DNA from: Schmidtea nova
Lineage: Eukaryota
Length of the DNA stretch: 64,000 bases
NCBI GenBank assembly: GCA_044892505.1
Contig: CM097882.1
Span: 377,208,001-377,272,000, forward strand
Direction: 5' to 3'
Each line of letters starts with the position of its first letter. Within the stretch, counting starts at the first letter, position 1. Positions 1 through 12,192 of the stretch are shown here, piece after piece. The notes beneath the pieces are model-generated. The model saw only the letters and a program-made list of their open reading frames with translations, had not been told where the DNA came from and did no database searches. A program made the translations under genes and the position numbers.

Positions 1-9
1 TCGGATTCC

Positions 10-1065
10 TTGCTGTTCTGTCATGTACCATTGTATGGCGGCGCACCATCAAGTATAGATGATGACAACGAATACGATGATAAAAAGCCCAAACCTTTGC
101 CTAAAAAGCAAAGAAATGTTCGAGGCTCTGCTTCTTCCGACAGTAACTCTAGACAAAATATTAATTGTCCGTTCTTTTTAGATGAGAACCAATCACCATC
201 AACTTGGTTACTCACACTCGAAGCCCTTTTAGAAAGTTGCGGCGTTACTTCTTCAAGAGATAAATTCTATAGAATATTATCTCTCATCCCACAGGAACAT
301 TTAGGCCGCCTTTCTGCCGTTATTCGCCGCACAACGCAAAAAACCTTTTTAACTCCTTTTGAGGAACTCAGCACAGGACTGCTGGATTTATTTAAAGTCC
401 CCAAACAGGAAATATTCTCAAAATATTTCAAAGCCCAATCTTTAGGAAGTTTTAAGCCTACAGAATTTTTGCAGAAGGCTTTTACAGACCTCGAACAAAT
501 GCAAAATGGGACAGCACCCGACCAAAACATTTTACGCCAGTTCTTTTTAAGTGTACTTCCGACACACACACAACAGATACTTGCTTTATCGTCTCCCGTA
601 GATATACACGAATTAGCAAAAATGGCGGACAAAATTCATGAAATTGTTCTGTTAGGTGGTACACCAGGCTCATCTGTCAATAGCCTTCCTATCACAAGCC
701 CGCCGATCCCATCATCAACAGAAAATGCTCTTCTTTGCGCCATTCGCGACCTTACCGATCGTATTTCGCATTTGGAACGTCATAAATCTCCGTCTCGAAA
801 TCCATCACTTTCCAATGCGTTTGACCGACGACGTTCCAAATCCCCGGCTTATTCAAACATTTGCTTTTATCATACCAAATATGGGACGAAAGCAAATTGT
901 TGCAACATAGGATGTGGCTGGCGAAACAAAGCAGCTACCCTCAAAATCATTGATAAGTGCATTTATCACGCACGATTTGAGGATAAAGCAAACAATTGCA
1001 TTGTAGGTTGCAAATCCTACAATTCCCCACCATCTTCTCCAAACAACATTCAAAAAAACTTTTAA
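10..1065 (+). CDS. gag: Ty3/gypsy gag (element 1), open reading frame
   Basis: PFFLDENQSPSTWLLTLEALL N-terminal motif typical of invertebrate gypsy Gag; C-terminal Cx2Hx9Cx3C knuckles; directly upstream of an aspartic protease frame. True start uncertain (track start is TTG). Confidence 0.85.
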   Translation: MLFCHVPLYGGAPSSIDDDNEYDDKKPKPLPKKQRNVRGSASSDSNSRQNINCPFFLDENQSPSTWLLTLEALLESCGVTSSRDKFYRILSLIPQEHLGRLSAVIRRTTQKTFLTPFEELSTGLLDLFKVPKQEIFSKYFKAQSLGSFKPTEFLQKAFTDLEQMQNGTAPDQNILRQFFLSVLPTHTQQILALSSPVDIHELAKMADKIHEIVLLGGTPGSSVNSLPITSPPIPSSTENALLCAIRDLTDRISHLERHKSPSRNPSLSNAFDRRRSKSPAYSNICFYHTKYGTKANCCNIGCGWRNKAATLKIIDKCIYHARFEDKANNCIVGCKSYNSPPSSPNNIQKNF

Positions 1066-1788
1066 TGCCATCACTCGTTGCGGCTGAAGTTGATGGCAAA
1101 TTACCTCCTGTACTCGATTTATTTCTAGTGAGAGCTGAATCCCCTTCTTTCAGCGTTGCTCCGAACTTTTGCAGTACTCTCGATTTTCTTGTTGACACAG
1201 GATCCAGCCTCTCCATTCTTCCTTTACAATATGAATCTCTTTGCGATGATTCCGTTTATACCTTGAAAGCCGCCAACGGAACCATGGTAAATACACACGG
1301 TTCTTTTTCAGCAAATTTCGTTCTTCCTTCTTTAAATCAATCTTTTATATGGGAGTTCTGTGTGGCTGACGTTATTCATCCCATTCTTGGCTCAGACTTT
1401 TTGAGTTCACACAATTTGTTGGTCGATTGTCGTTCACGCCTTTTGAGAACACATTCGCACACAAATTCGTCTTTAGTCATTGACACAAAAAAACTCAACA
1501 TTTCCGACATATCTGACGTTTCTGTATCTACTGCCATTAAACCCAATCATCCAAAGATTGCTACAGACATTTTAAATAAATATACATTTTCACAGACAAT
1601 GCCTTTACGAAAGCAAGTCTCTGTAGCATCTTACTGCCATACTATCAACACCACAAACTCTCTTCCGGTACGTTGTAAAGTACGCCCTCTTTCGAACGAA
1701 AAACTAGATTTCGTTCGCTCCGAATTCGCTACTTTGTTGAACGAAGGCATTATAAAAAGATCTAAATCTCCATGGTCTTCACCACTAA
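1053..1788 (+). CDS. pol: Gypsy pol 5' part: aspartic protease plus first RT residues, reached by -1 frameshift
   Basis: FLVDTGSSLSILP and PILGSDFL protease motifs; GIIKRSKSPWSSPL RT N-terminal motif, after which RT homology stops. Confidence 0.88.
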
Positions 1789-3420
1789 CCACTTGTTTAC
1801 TTGTTCTCAATGAAAGACCCTTCTCCGAGGCAACAACGCCAGATTAGCTATATTAGCGAATTTTCTTGCCAAATATACCACATCGCCGGCAGTGATAACA
1901 TTATAGCTGATTTCCTTTCACGAAATGTAAACGCAATTATCCATTGTCCTTTATTTTCTATCGACGAACTCCAAAATAATCCTCCAGATGCCATTGATAT
2001 TTCGAAATTTGGCGACAAACATATAATCAAAGACAAAATTCACTACGACTCATCTCTTCCTGGCACTCTTCGCCCAATCTTGAACGACTCCATGAGAAAA
2101 CCGACTTTTCTATCTATCCACAACACGCACCACCCAGGTTCCTCAGCCACTTTTAATCTATTACACACGTGTGTAGTTTGGCCAAACATGAGACATGATG
2201 TTAAACTCTGGGTTGCACAATGCATAGGATGCCAACGTTTTAAAATAACTAAGCACACTAAACCTCCAATAATTCATTATCCCACTGGCAACCGTTTCGA
2301 AAACTTACACATTGACATCGTCGGCCCAGTCCCAAGTGACTGCGGTTTTTCTTACTTATTAACCATGATCGACCGCAAGACTCGTTGGTTCGAAGTCATT
2401 CCTTTACGCACCATTTCTTCTAACACTATCGCAACTTCGCTAATTCAAAATTGGATTTCACGATATGAAGTTCCCAAGTCGATCATCAGTGATCGCGGAA
2501 CACAGTTTGGATCTAACTTATTTCAAGCTTTGACCGCTAAACTTGGGATACAACATCTTCGTACGACCACATATCATCCACAAACAAACGGGTTAGTCGA
2601 ACGTTTCCATCGTACTTTAAAAGCTTCTCTTGGCATTCTTTCTGAACAACAAGGTTGGACAAAGGTTTTACCTTTCGTATTATTAGGTTGGCGAAATACA
2701 CCTTCTAGGACTACAGGATCATCACCTGCTCAATTACTTTTCGGTACAAACACATCGTTACCCGGTCAACTTGTCGACTTTGATAACTCTCCTACTTTGG
2801 AAGATCTCGCGATTGCCAGAGACCATTTTTTATCAATCGACACTAATCCTGAATTCTCTTCCGCGACCACCTATAAACCTTACATTCCAAAAACATTCGA
2901 AAATGCATCACACGTCTATATTAGAAATATAACTGATGCAAGTTTAAAGCCAAGATATTCCGGACCTTACAAGCTCGTCGAGATTAAAGAAAACAACGCG
3001 AAAGTGATCGTTAACGACTCTACACAAACATTTAACCTCTGCTGTCTTAAACCAGCTTTAGTTTTGCTCGATGATGAACCTCCACCTGACAATTTCTCGA
3101 CCCAAACCGATATAATCCCGAACTCTCACATAAACGATAATTACCCTATCAATTCCACTGAGGACGATCTTTCCAACAACTCACCTTCATACCCGATTGT
3201 TCAAACATCAGACGCAGAAAACAAAATGACGGAAAAATCTGAATACATACCGTTTATCCCAGAACCGAATGACGTACTTCGTTTACCACCCATTTTGAGG
3301 AAAGCAAAGCAAACACAAAATAAACCAAAGTCCGTCACTTACAACAAATGGGTTCGTGTCCGTTCTATTAATCAAAAACCGGATTCACCAACTAGACTAA
3401 TAAGAATCTATTCAAATTAA
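1789..3420 (+). CDS. Gypsy RNase H tail plus complete integrase
   Basis: PLVYLFSMKDPSPRQQRQISYISEF (RNase H end); HHCC finger (HNTHHPG...CIGC); DDE core (HIDIVGP, ISDRGTQF, NGLVERFHRTLK); GPY motif; no stop to 3420. Confidence 0.92.
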   Translation, partial: PLVYLFSMKDPSPRQQRQISYISEFSCQIYHIAGSDNIIADFLSRNVNAIIHCPLFSIDELQNNPPDAIDISKFGDKHIIKDKIHYDSSLPGTLRPILNDSMRKPTFLSIHNTHHPGSSATFNLLHTCVVWPNMRHDVKLWVAQCIGCQRFKITKHTKPPIIHYPTGNRFENLHIDIVGPVPSDCGFSYLLTMIDRKTRWFEVIPLRTISSNTIATSLIQNWISRYEVPKSIISDRGTQFGSNLFQALTAKLGIQHLRTTTYHPQTNGLVERFHRTLKASLGILSEQQGWTKVLPFVLLGWRNTPSRTTGSSPAQLLFGTNTSLPGQLVDFDNSPTLEDLAIARDHFLSIDTNPEFSSATTYKPYIPKTFENASHVYIRNITDASLKPRYSGPYKLVEIKENNAKVIVNDSTQTFNLCCLKPALVLLDDEPPPDNFSTQTDIIPNSHINDNYPINSTEDDLSNNSPSYPIVQTSDAENKMTEKSEYIPFIPEPNDVLRLPPILRKAKQTQNKPKSVTYNKWVRVRSINQKPDSPTRLIRIYSN

Positions 3421-3991
3421 TTGCACCACTTTCCACCAAGTTCTATTAGTTTTTTTTTCGGTTTCCTAAATTTCTTTCGCAATTCTTTCTCAGGTTATTC
3501 CATTTCATTCACGACTCTTTCCAAATACTTTCTGGACACTACAAAATACCATATTATTATATACTAAACTACTATATTACGTATCTACATTATAGTATTT
3601 CAAAATGTGCTCCGCATCTTCCGATGGGGGCTGATGTAGTGGTCTAGAAAGCCGATACCCAAGATTCTCTCAAAGTATTAAAGGAACATAGCCTGCCTCA
3701 AACTTTCACTTTATTCAGTGATATTAGATTTTCAACAAGTCATTTTAATGACGAAAAAACTCCAAAAAATAATCTGAGTTTAAAAAAAACAATCTGAGTT
3801 TAAAATAATATAAAATTTTAAACTGTAATAAAATTGTAAAACTTTTATTAAGATTTTTTGAACAAAACATTTTGTTTAAATTAATTGTGTAAATAATTTG
3901 GATTTAAAAATATATCGTTGGAGAAATTTATTCATTTTATTAAATTTTTTGAAATAGAATTTTTTCGAAATCTATTACATTTTCAAAGATT

Positions 3992-4226
3992 ATGATATTG
4001 AAAGCATTGATTATGATTCTTTTATGCTTCTTTACACTTATCGTGAATTATCAAATTTATCAGTGTTCTGCTACAGACAAACAACTAATGCATGCCCATA
4101 TTTTATATCGACATGGAGATAGAGCACCTGTTATAATATATCCAACTAATAAGAATAGGGAAGACAAGTGGCCTAATGGGATTGGAGGATTAACAAACCG
4201 AGGAATTATGCAGCATTTTAATTTGG
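3992..4226 (+). CDS. First coding exon of a secreted histidine acid phosphatase (ACP2/ACPP-like)
   Basis: Hydrophobic signal peptide, RHGDRAP signature, WPNGIGGLTNRGIMQHFNLG, then GTATGT donor at 4227. Later exons not found. Confidence 0.8.
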
Positions 4227-4479
4227 GTATGTTGCTACCCAAAGTGAGTTTATCCTCACTAAAATATACAATCAATAAATTAAAAGGCTTGCGTTTTTAT
4301 ATACGAACCTGGTTGTGTCTTTGCTTTGTTAAAGAGTTATTTTTTTAATATAGCTGTTTTCCAATACAAAGTGTTTTTAGTGTAGTTTTTTTATTTGTTC
4401 ATAGTTTTTTTATTTGTTAATATAGTTTTTTTATTTGTTAATGTAGTTTCTTTACATGTAAATATAGTTTTTTATATGA

Positions 4480-4700
4480 GAAACGCTGTAATAATTTTTA
4501 AACCTCTAGACAATATTTTGAAATTGTAAATATCAATGCTTTTCTTACATGTCTTTTTGTGCTCAATAATATTACTTTTTCTGGCATGATCTTGAACACG
4601 TGTACATAAATGATGGGCAGTCTCTCCAATGTATTTATTTATGGCCGCTCAACCACTCATACAACTTTTCTTTGAGATGAACCCAGAAACGCTTAATGAG
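4480..4700 (-). mobile_element. Penelope-like GIY-YIG relic
   Basis: Minus strand reads KYIGETAHHLCTRVQDHARKSNIIEHKKTC; frameshifted upstream. Confidence 0.6.
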
Positions 4701-5689
4701 GAGGATCTGAGGTACACGTGGAGGGTTCATAGTTTTTTGATGAAAAATATATATTTTCTTCCAAGCTATTCCAAAGTGACATAGAACTTTGAAATGTTTT
4801 TAGCCTATCTTTCCACTGGCTGAGGTCACCTGTCTCTTTTGACGAGATTTGACAATCTTCACACATTTTCTGCCACTTACAGACCTTCTTTCAAGTTGTA
4901 CCGTTTTCATCATGTCTTGTTTTGACAAAAACCTGCAAATCTTATTACAAAATGATATCATTCGTGAAACTCTTCAACGAAACCAGTAAAAATTATGTAG
5001 TAAAACAAGGACGCATCTTAAATACAAATAAAAAACTTTTAGTTATTAGTTTCAAACAAAATCTTTTAAATAAATAAATACGATTTTATACAATTTAATA
5101 CAAGTTATACAATTTTTAAATTTTGTGAACATTTTCAGTAGTTAAAAATTTGTTAAATGTAAATAGTGATAATAATTTATACGATTAGATGCTAGTTATA
5201 TAACCAGCAGATATAATTTGACAATTTGTGTTGAATAGGGAAATTATTTTGGATCTATTGTCTGAAAAAAATAAAATCGAAAAAAGTACAAAGGTGAAGG
5301 AGATTTAATATTTTAATAAGCTTTAATAAAATAAAAGTTTACTATAATAGTATTCATATATAGAGGGGACTTCTTCTATATTATGCATCACGTCATTTTC
5401 ACCACTGATGGGAAATACTAACAAGTCTTTTTGAGATGAAATATCGAAAAAAACTTTAAAGTTAGTCAAAGGGTTTTGATATTCTTTTTAATACATGTCA
5501 GTGATTATCATTAAAAATAATTTTAATCCCAGCAAAAGGACACAAATATGTTCTAGTAATTATGATGATTTTACTCATTCTCCATTAATAAAAAAAGAAT
5601 TAACAAGAACTCATTTGATAAAACTTTGACTAAGTTAAGCCACATCAGAGCAGGAAGTTCCGTTATGCAAATTAAGTCTTGGAAATTTT

Positions 5690-6384
5690 TGGTTTATTTT
5701 CTTTCGGCGGGAACCCATAACAAAAGTAATTATAAACTGGCGACATAATATCCTTTATTTAAACAATATTTAAATAATTTGAAAAGAAGAAATAAAAGAA
5801 AAATTCAGTAAATTATATTGCTGGAGAAAGAGAAATCTTTCCTAATCATTCAGGAAAATTATGTGTAAAATAAAATAGATTTTCAATAAATTTTAATGGA
5901 AAAATATAAAAAACTAAGTGAGTATGAATCAAGTTTAATTTTTATTCTTCATTCTGAGCCCCTCTTTTGCCAGAACTATTCTGGGATTTAATATAGGGAT
6001 CCAGCATAAATGAGTAGACATAACCCAAATTACTTTTAAGTATTATGAAGACTTTAGCAGTTTGACATACTACACAAAAGATATATGCAAACCGGGAGCT
6101 CAGTGCTTTTTGTGAATTTCTTGGATTTATTCTTCATAATAATCAATCTGGGATCACATTATGTCTCCATTGCCAGTAAAACTATCTACACTAGCCAAAA
6201 ACGTAGAAAATGGTAATTAAAAAGGCTGAAAAATTTTTTCTTGAAGTGTCAGTCAGTTGGCAACTAAATTTGAGTGGGTTATATTTTAAAAGGACTCCCA
6301 TCTCAATCATGAGATCTAGGATATAACATGTTACTTAATTGTTTGTTGCACATCTTATATAAAATGTTTCACTTAAATGGCAAG
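5690..6384 (-). pseudogene. Probable decayed piggyBac-like transposase, possibly continuing at ~10780-10900
   Basis: Broken minus-strand pieces KH*APGLHISFV, SNLGYVYSF, LNKGYYV, and LEEYWS at ~10800; these resemble piggyBac Y.PG..ISIDE, GY.YNF, KGYH and DYWS. Judged by eye only. Confidence 0.35.
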
Positions 6385-6528
6385 TGTTGCATTTAATTAA
6401 CTCATTTTGTTAATTAATTCCAAACTTCTCTAAAACATATATAAACAGTTAAAATTAGTTTATATAAGTAGATAATTGTAATAAATAAAAAATTCAAATA
6501 ATGTCTATCGCTTTTGATAAACTTAACA
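6385..6528 (+). repeat. 5' LTR of gypsy 2 (144 bp)
   Basis: Direct repeat of 10264-10406; TGTTG...TTAACA. Confidence 0.93.
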
Positions 6529-8986
6529 ATGGCATCAGAAATGGCTCAGAATCTTTAGTAGAAAAGCTAGAAATTCAATACAACTTCGTCAAACTACCGC
6601 CATACAACAGTGATTTTTCCACGTGGATCAAACAACTGGAAATTACATTCGCTTTCTCTAAACTCAAGTCAGAAAGAAGCAATTTCAACACCTAGTAATG
6701 ACAATTCCAACAGCAATCGCAAGAAGATTCTTTCACATGCTTGAAACAAAAGGTATCTCGCCCTTTACGGATCTAAAATAAGCAAGGCTGGAAGATTACA
6801 ACAGAAACAATCCTGTCTCATTTCAAAGTCTCCTAAACGATCATTATTTATGAGATCGTACTCCTTCGGAAGCACTCCAAGAAATCCATATTAAACTATT
6901 TAAATACAGTAATGGGACTGTATCTCTAGTTCTGCTAAAGGACCTGTTCCTCAGAATGTTACCAGAAAACATTCAAAATACATTGTTCCTTTAGTCTGAA
7001 GAAGACATTTTGATGATAGCAGAAATGGCGGACAAAACTATGGGTCAAAAGAAATCTATGCTTAATCTAATGAAAATGAACAATGTTGAAGACCAAATAG
7101 CAGCTTTGAAATACAGCCAGACACCCAAATAACCTCCCTAATCACTGGATACTCTATGTTATTACCATAGAACGTTTGGAGAAAAAGCCCGGAAATGTCA
7201 ACCATCCTGTTCATGGGAACAAAAGAATCAGAAACAAGGAAACGAGAGAATGTTTCAGTAAATTCGGTACCTGGAACCTTTGAGATCACATTAACCTACA
7301 ATCCGAAGCAAAATCAAACTTTCACCATCCCGGCAATTGTCTCCAACAACAACGTTGATTTTCTCATAGACTCGGGTGCCGGTGCTAGCGTATTGCCATC
7401 AAAATTGTTTGAACCGAATCTATCACTTGACAGAAATAGAATATTAATCAGCGCCAACAACTCCATCATCGAATATTCTGGTGACAGAGAAATATCGCTT
7501 AAGTTTGAAGGCTTTCAATAACCATTCAAATGGATATTTGCAGCAGCAAATCTCAGCAGACCAATAATAGGAGCAGACTTTTTGGCTCACTTTGATCTGA
7601 ATGTCAGTTTCAAGAACAGGTAAATTTTCAATATCAAAACTTCAGAATGCGCAAAAGGCTACAAAAAAGTATTAAAGATAAATAGTAAATTTTGTGAATA
7701 TGATGACATTATCTTTGACCCAAAAAAGCCACTAATCAACACCAAATCAGATGTCCAATTGAAGAAAATAGCAAAAGGAGAAGAAAAATCTCAAAAGTCT
7801 CGTAAGCCTTTTGGAGAACGACTAAGAGTAACCAAAGCAGAATATGATTGACTACTAAAAGAAAAGGTCATTCAAACCAGTAATAGTAGTTGGGCCTCAC
7901 CTTTAGTTGTCGTAAAAAAACGATAGAACGTGGAGACCCTGTGGTGACTACAGACTCCTCAACAATCTCACAGTTCCAGATAAATATCGTGTTCTTAGAA
8001 TCAAGGATATTCTTGATGGCCTGATTGGGAGCAAATACTTCACCAAATCAGACGTGATCAAAGCCTACCACCAGATATAGACTACAGAAGAAAACAGACA
8101 CAAAACTGCAGTTATAACCCCATTTGGATTATTCCAAAATAATACGATGCCATTTAGCTTACGAAACGCATCTCAAACATTCCAGCGACACATTGATAAC
8201 ATTCTCAGAGACTTGAAATCATTCTGTGTCTCTTATGTAGATGATGTCTTAATATTTTCAGACAGCCTGGAGAACCATAAATCACACGTTAGAACAGTTC
8301 TGAATAACCTTCATGCAGCTGGTCTCAAAGTCAACATTAGCAAATGCGAATTTAATAAAGAAAGGATCCAATTTCTTGGATTTGAATTGGACAAAAATGG
8401 AGTCAGAGCATCTCAAGAAAGGACTTCAAACATTCTTCAAATAGAAAAACTCAAAAGTGTAAGCATGCTAAGAAGCTTCATTGGTGCCATAAGATATTAC
8501 CACTGGTTGACTCCGCATCTATCTGATCTGTTGGCTCCATTGCATGGTCTAATACCGTTAGCTGCATGAAACAATAAAAAGTTTATTTGGAACGAAATCC
8601 ATGATAGCGCACTTGAACAAGCTAAAGCAGCCCTATGCAGAACAGTGCCGACTGGATATCCAGACCCATCCAGGCCATTCACACTATGCACGGATGCATC
8701 ATCAGTAGCCGTTGGAGCAAGCCTAAATCAAGCAGGTACAGAAAACCGTCTAACACCAATCGCATTTTATTCTCAGACGCTGTCCAAATCCGAAATGAGA
8801 TATTCGACATTTGACACGGAACTGCTGGCAATACAGCTTGCAACGAAACACTTCAAAGACTATCTCCCAGTCTCTTTATTCAAATTAAATACTGACCACA
8901 AACCAATCATTCACATAATGTCGATGAAAGAGCCATCTACAAGACAATGAAGAATCATTGAACATCTCTATCAGTTTATATTCAAG

Positions 8987-8988
<2 letters not shown>

Positions 8989-9060
<72 letters not shown>
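8989..9060. repeat. (TA)n microsatellite inside gypsy 2 pol
   Basis: About 36 TA units seen directly. Confidence 0.95.
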
Positions 9061-9063
<3 letters not shown>

Positions 9064-10263
9064 CAAGGAGAATGCAACTGCTGAACTCCTATCAAGATAA
9101 CATTCTATGGAAATAGTCATGATCCAGATGAATGTAATCAATACCTTTGATAATGCAAAGCTCCTAATAGAACAAAAGTCCGACAAGATGACTTCACTGG
9201 ATCTAAGGGAATCTAAAGATGGTATCCTAATAGATATCAGTCTGGGGAAGCCGAGAATCATCCTTCCGAAATCAGTCAGATTCCATGAATTTCAAAAGCT
9301 ACACCACATCTCACATCCTGGTTACAAACAAATGATACGATTATTAGCATCAAGATACGTTTGGGCACAAATGCGATCTGATATTAGAACTAGGAATTGT
9401 CATTGTCAGAAAGGTCAACAATCAAAGATAAGCCGTCATATCAAGACCCTTTACGGAGATATTCCAAAAACTGGACGATTCAAAACCATTCACATTGATC
9501 TCGTAGGACCACTATCTCTAGTAAATAAAGAGATTCATCCTTTCAATGATCGATAGATCAACGTTGGGGTGAAGCCATTCCAATTAACGAAATATTAAGT
9601 ACTTAAGTGGTAACAATAATGAATAGAGAATGGATAAGTAGATACGGTGTACCTGAAGTTATCATCAGTGATCAAGGGTCGCAATTTGAATCTACCTTAT
9701 TTAACAAATTTTGCAGAAATATGGGCATTGAACATAGACGAACCACAGCATACTATCCCCAATGCAATGGGAAGGTGGAAAGCTGGCACAGAAGTCTGAA
9801 GAACTCGCTCAAGGCTCATGCGACAGACGCAAATAAAACATGGGCTCATGACATCCCGACAGTACTACTAGGTTTACGCAGCTGTTGCACCTCAGATAAT
9901 TCACCATTCCTATCTGCACTCGTGTTTGGAACTAAACTCAGACTACCTGGCGATTTATCGATCACAACAGCAGAAGTTGACGAAGAAGAATCCAATACCC
10001 AAATCACCTACAATCCTATACAAAAAGAAAGAAAGATAGATCTAAAATAAAACAGTTCCATTCAGAAAGAGCTGGCCACATGCACCAGGGTATAGTTACA
10101 AAAACCGATCACCAAAGGACTCGATCTTCCGTATGATGGTCCGTTTAACGTAGTGGAAAGATCACCAGACCTCAAAATATCAATAAAGGACAAAAACAAA
10201 ATCGTCTCTACTGATCGACTACGAGCAAAAATAGAGGCGGATCCCAATCTTTGAGGGGAGTTA

Positions 10264-10406
10264 TGTTGGATTTAATTAACTCATTTTGTTAATTAATTCC
10301 AAACTTCTCTAAAACATATATAAACAGTTAAAAATTGTTTATATAAGTAGATAATTGTAATAAATTAAATTTCAAATAATGTCTATCGCTTTTGATAAAC
10401 TTAACA
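10264..10406 (+). repeat. 3' LTR of gypsy 2 (143 bp)
   Basis: Direct repeat of 6385-6528, preceded by a polypurine tract. Confidence 0.93.
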
Positions 10407-11315
10407 GTAAGTTCATTATTGTTCAAATCCTTTTAGATAAAACAAATTCTAAATATTGTGGGCACCTTGTGATAGTAGAAGTTTTTAAAATCTATTTAGT
10501 CAACTAGAAATTTGACAAAATTGACAATTGAATGGGAAATGAAATGGAAATGTTAAGACAGTAATGTTTGGATATCTTAAATGAAGCATTGAAATGTAAA
10601 AGTCATTCTCATTTTAGATTGACAATTGACCAACTATTAAAGTTGCGCTATCTTTTTTAATAATCTTTGACAAATTATATCTTTTTCACACTTTTTCTTA
10701 CATAAGCTATGAAAATAAATATACTAATTCTATAAATTAGTTTTGTCTAATTGTTAATAAATTCCTTGGAATATCATTGAATGGGGTGAACTGACCAATA
10801 CTCCTCCAATGTCTTGATCCAAATCATTAATTCGTATGGTTACCCAAAGAAATCGAAGGAATTGCCTCTTCGATAATAGCAGGATACGCGACTGTCTAAG
10901 AAAGTTACTTGTCTTAGCAACTAATTTTCTCATTTTCTTTTTGCAATATGCAACAATATCTTTATTTTATCTCTGACTTTTGATCCATTCTTTTCAAATT
11001 CTCTCAAAGGATTTTAGAATATTCTGAGAGTTGGTTTTCTCTCTCTTTATTTGATGTACTTAAACGTATTTTTCAATTTTTAGCCACGTGCCTGCATTTA
11101 GGATCTACGCAATGAGATTTGAACATACAATATAATCATACAACATGTATTTTGTTTAAGTACAAACTCGTGTAATTTAGTTTTAATATATCAATTTAAA
11201 TTTAATATGTCGCATTATTTTGTGAATAAATTACAAAAATAAAATTTAATTTTGAAGATGAACAAATTTTAAATGAAAATTTATTTTAATTAACAATGAA
11301 GATTATAAACGTTTA

Positions 11316-11468
11316 NNNNNNNNNNNNNNNNNNNNNNNNNNNNNNNNNNNNNNNNNNNNNNNNNNNNNNNNNNNNNNNNNNNNNNNNNNNNNNNNNNNNN
11401 NNNNNNNNNNNNNNNNNNNNNNNNNNNNNNNNNNNNNNNNNNNNNNNNNNNNNNNNNNNNNNNNNNNN
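11316..11468. other. Assembly gap; others at 21066-21385, 40926-41099, 52226-52483, 54096-54398, 54503-54690
   Basis: N runs. Confidence 1.
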
Positions 11469-11515
11469 GGAATTTCAAATAAAAATTGTCACCTTGATGA
11501 TTTTTTTCTACATAG

Positions 11516-12158
11516 ATTTTACAAACTCTTTTCCTTCCGATACACGGAAATATATGTTTACCGTTATAATTCCCAAATTATTTATTTTGGATAATATTAT
11601 CTTACGTTTTTACCTATACCAATTTCAAAAGTTATTTGGAATCTTATAATATTTTAATTTTAATTTTTCTATTTTGTACGAATCATGGTTATTTGTGCTA
11701 GTTTTAGAGTGAATTTTATCCATAAAAGCTATATGGAAAAGGCAAACACTTGCAAAAGTCTGTCCCGAAATTTTGTGTTAAATAGGAAAATTGGTGATCT
11801 ATTGTTTTAAAAATGAAATATGAAATTGAAATAAAAATTAAAAAAATTGACGAAAATCCAAGATTTTAATGATAAATTATATGCAATTTATGAAATAAAA
11901 ATATTCTTTAATAATATTTGGGTAATTTGACCACATTGTTTGCATATTACAATTTGAATGATGTGAGTATTTGCATAGCTATTGTTCCATCCGCTTGTTG
12001 GAAGGGCCAGAAAAATTCTATTTTAAATTTGTTAGGTAATAAATTGATGTTATTAGTGTCGTTTATATAGTGTTTCGAAATATTCTTTTTCAAACTTTGC
12101 CTATCTTCCTTTTATCATGTGCAATATTAAGTTTTCTATTTTTTCCTAAATTTAATTA

Positions 12159-12192
<34 letters not shown>

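Larger units (their letters stand above)
1..3737 (+). mobile_element. Ty3/gypsy LTR retrotransposon 1, internally deleted (no RT/RNase H core)
   Basis: gag-PR-IN order; purine tract GATGGGGG at 3623-3630 then TGTAGT at 3635 (probable 3' LTR start). LTR end at 3737 is a guess because the 5' LTR is outside the window. Confidence 0.85.
6385..10406 (+). mobile_element. Full-length but decayed Ty3/gypsy element 2
   Basis: LTRs 6385-6528 and 10264-10406 (TG...CA, few differences); PBS TGGCATCAGA at 6530; PPT GAGGGGAG before the 3' LTR; TSD GCAAG/GTAAG; gag (CYYHRTFGEKARKCQPSCSW), PR (FLIDSGA), RT (YVDD), RNase H (TDAS), IN (IISDQGSQFES); many stops and frameshifts. Confidence 0.95.

Noticed and set aside
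21-2258. Short antisense ORFs over gag/pol (and similar ones over pPolB and the PLE)
   Set aside because: Shadow frames of real coding sequence with no motifs.
10830-10880. KRQFLRFLW as a BEL/Pao RT motif
   Set aside because: No other RT motifs nearby; the adjacent EEYWS fits a piggyBac relic better, and neither is secure.
11290-11649. ORFs spanning N runs (also 20925-21401, 52068-52507, 54468-54762)
   Set aside because: Artefacts of translating gaps.
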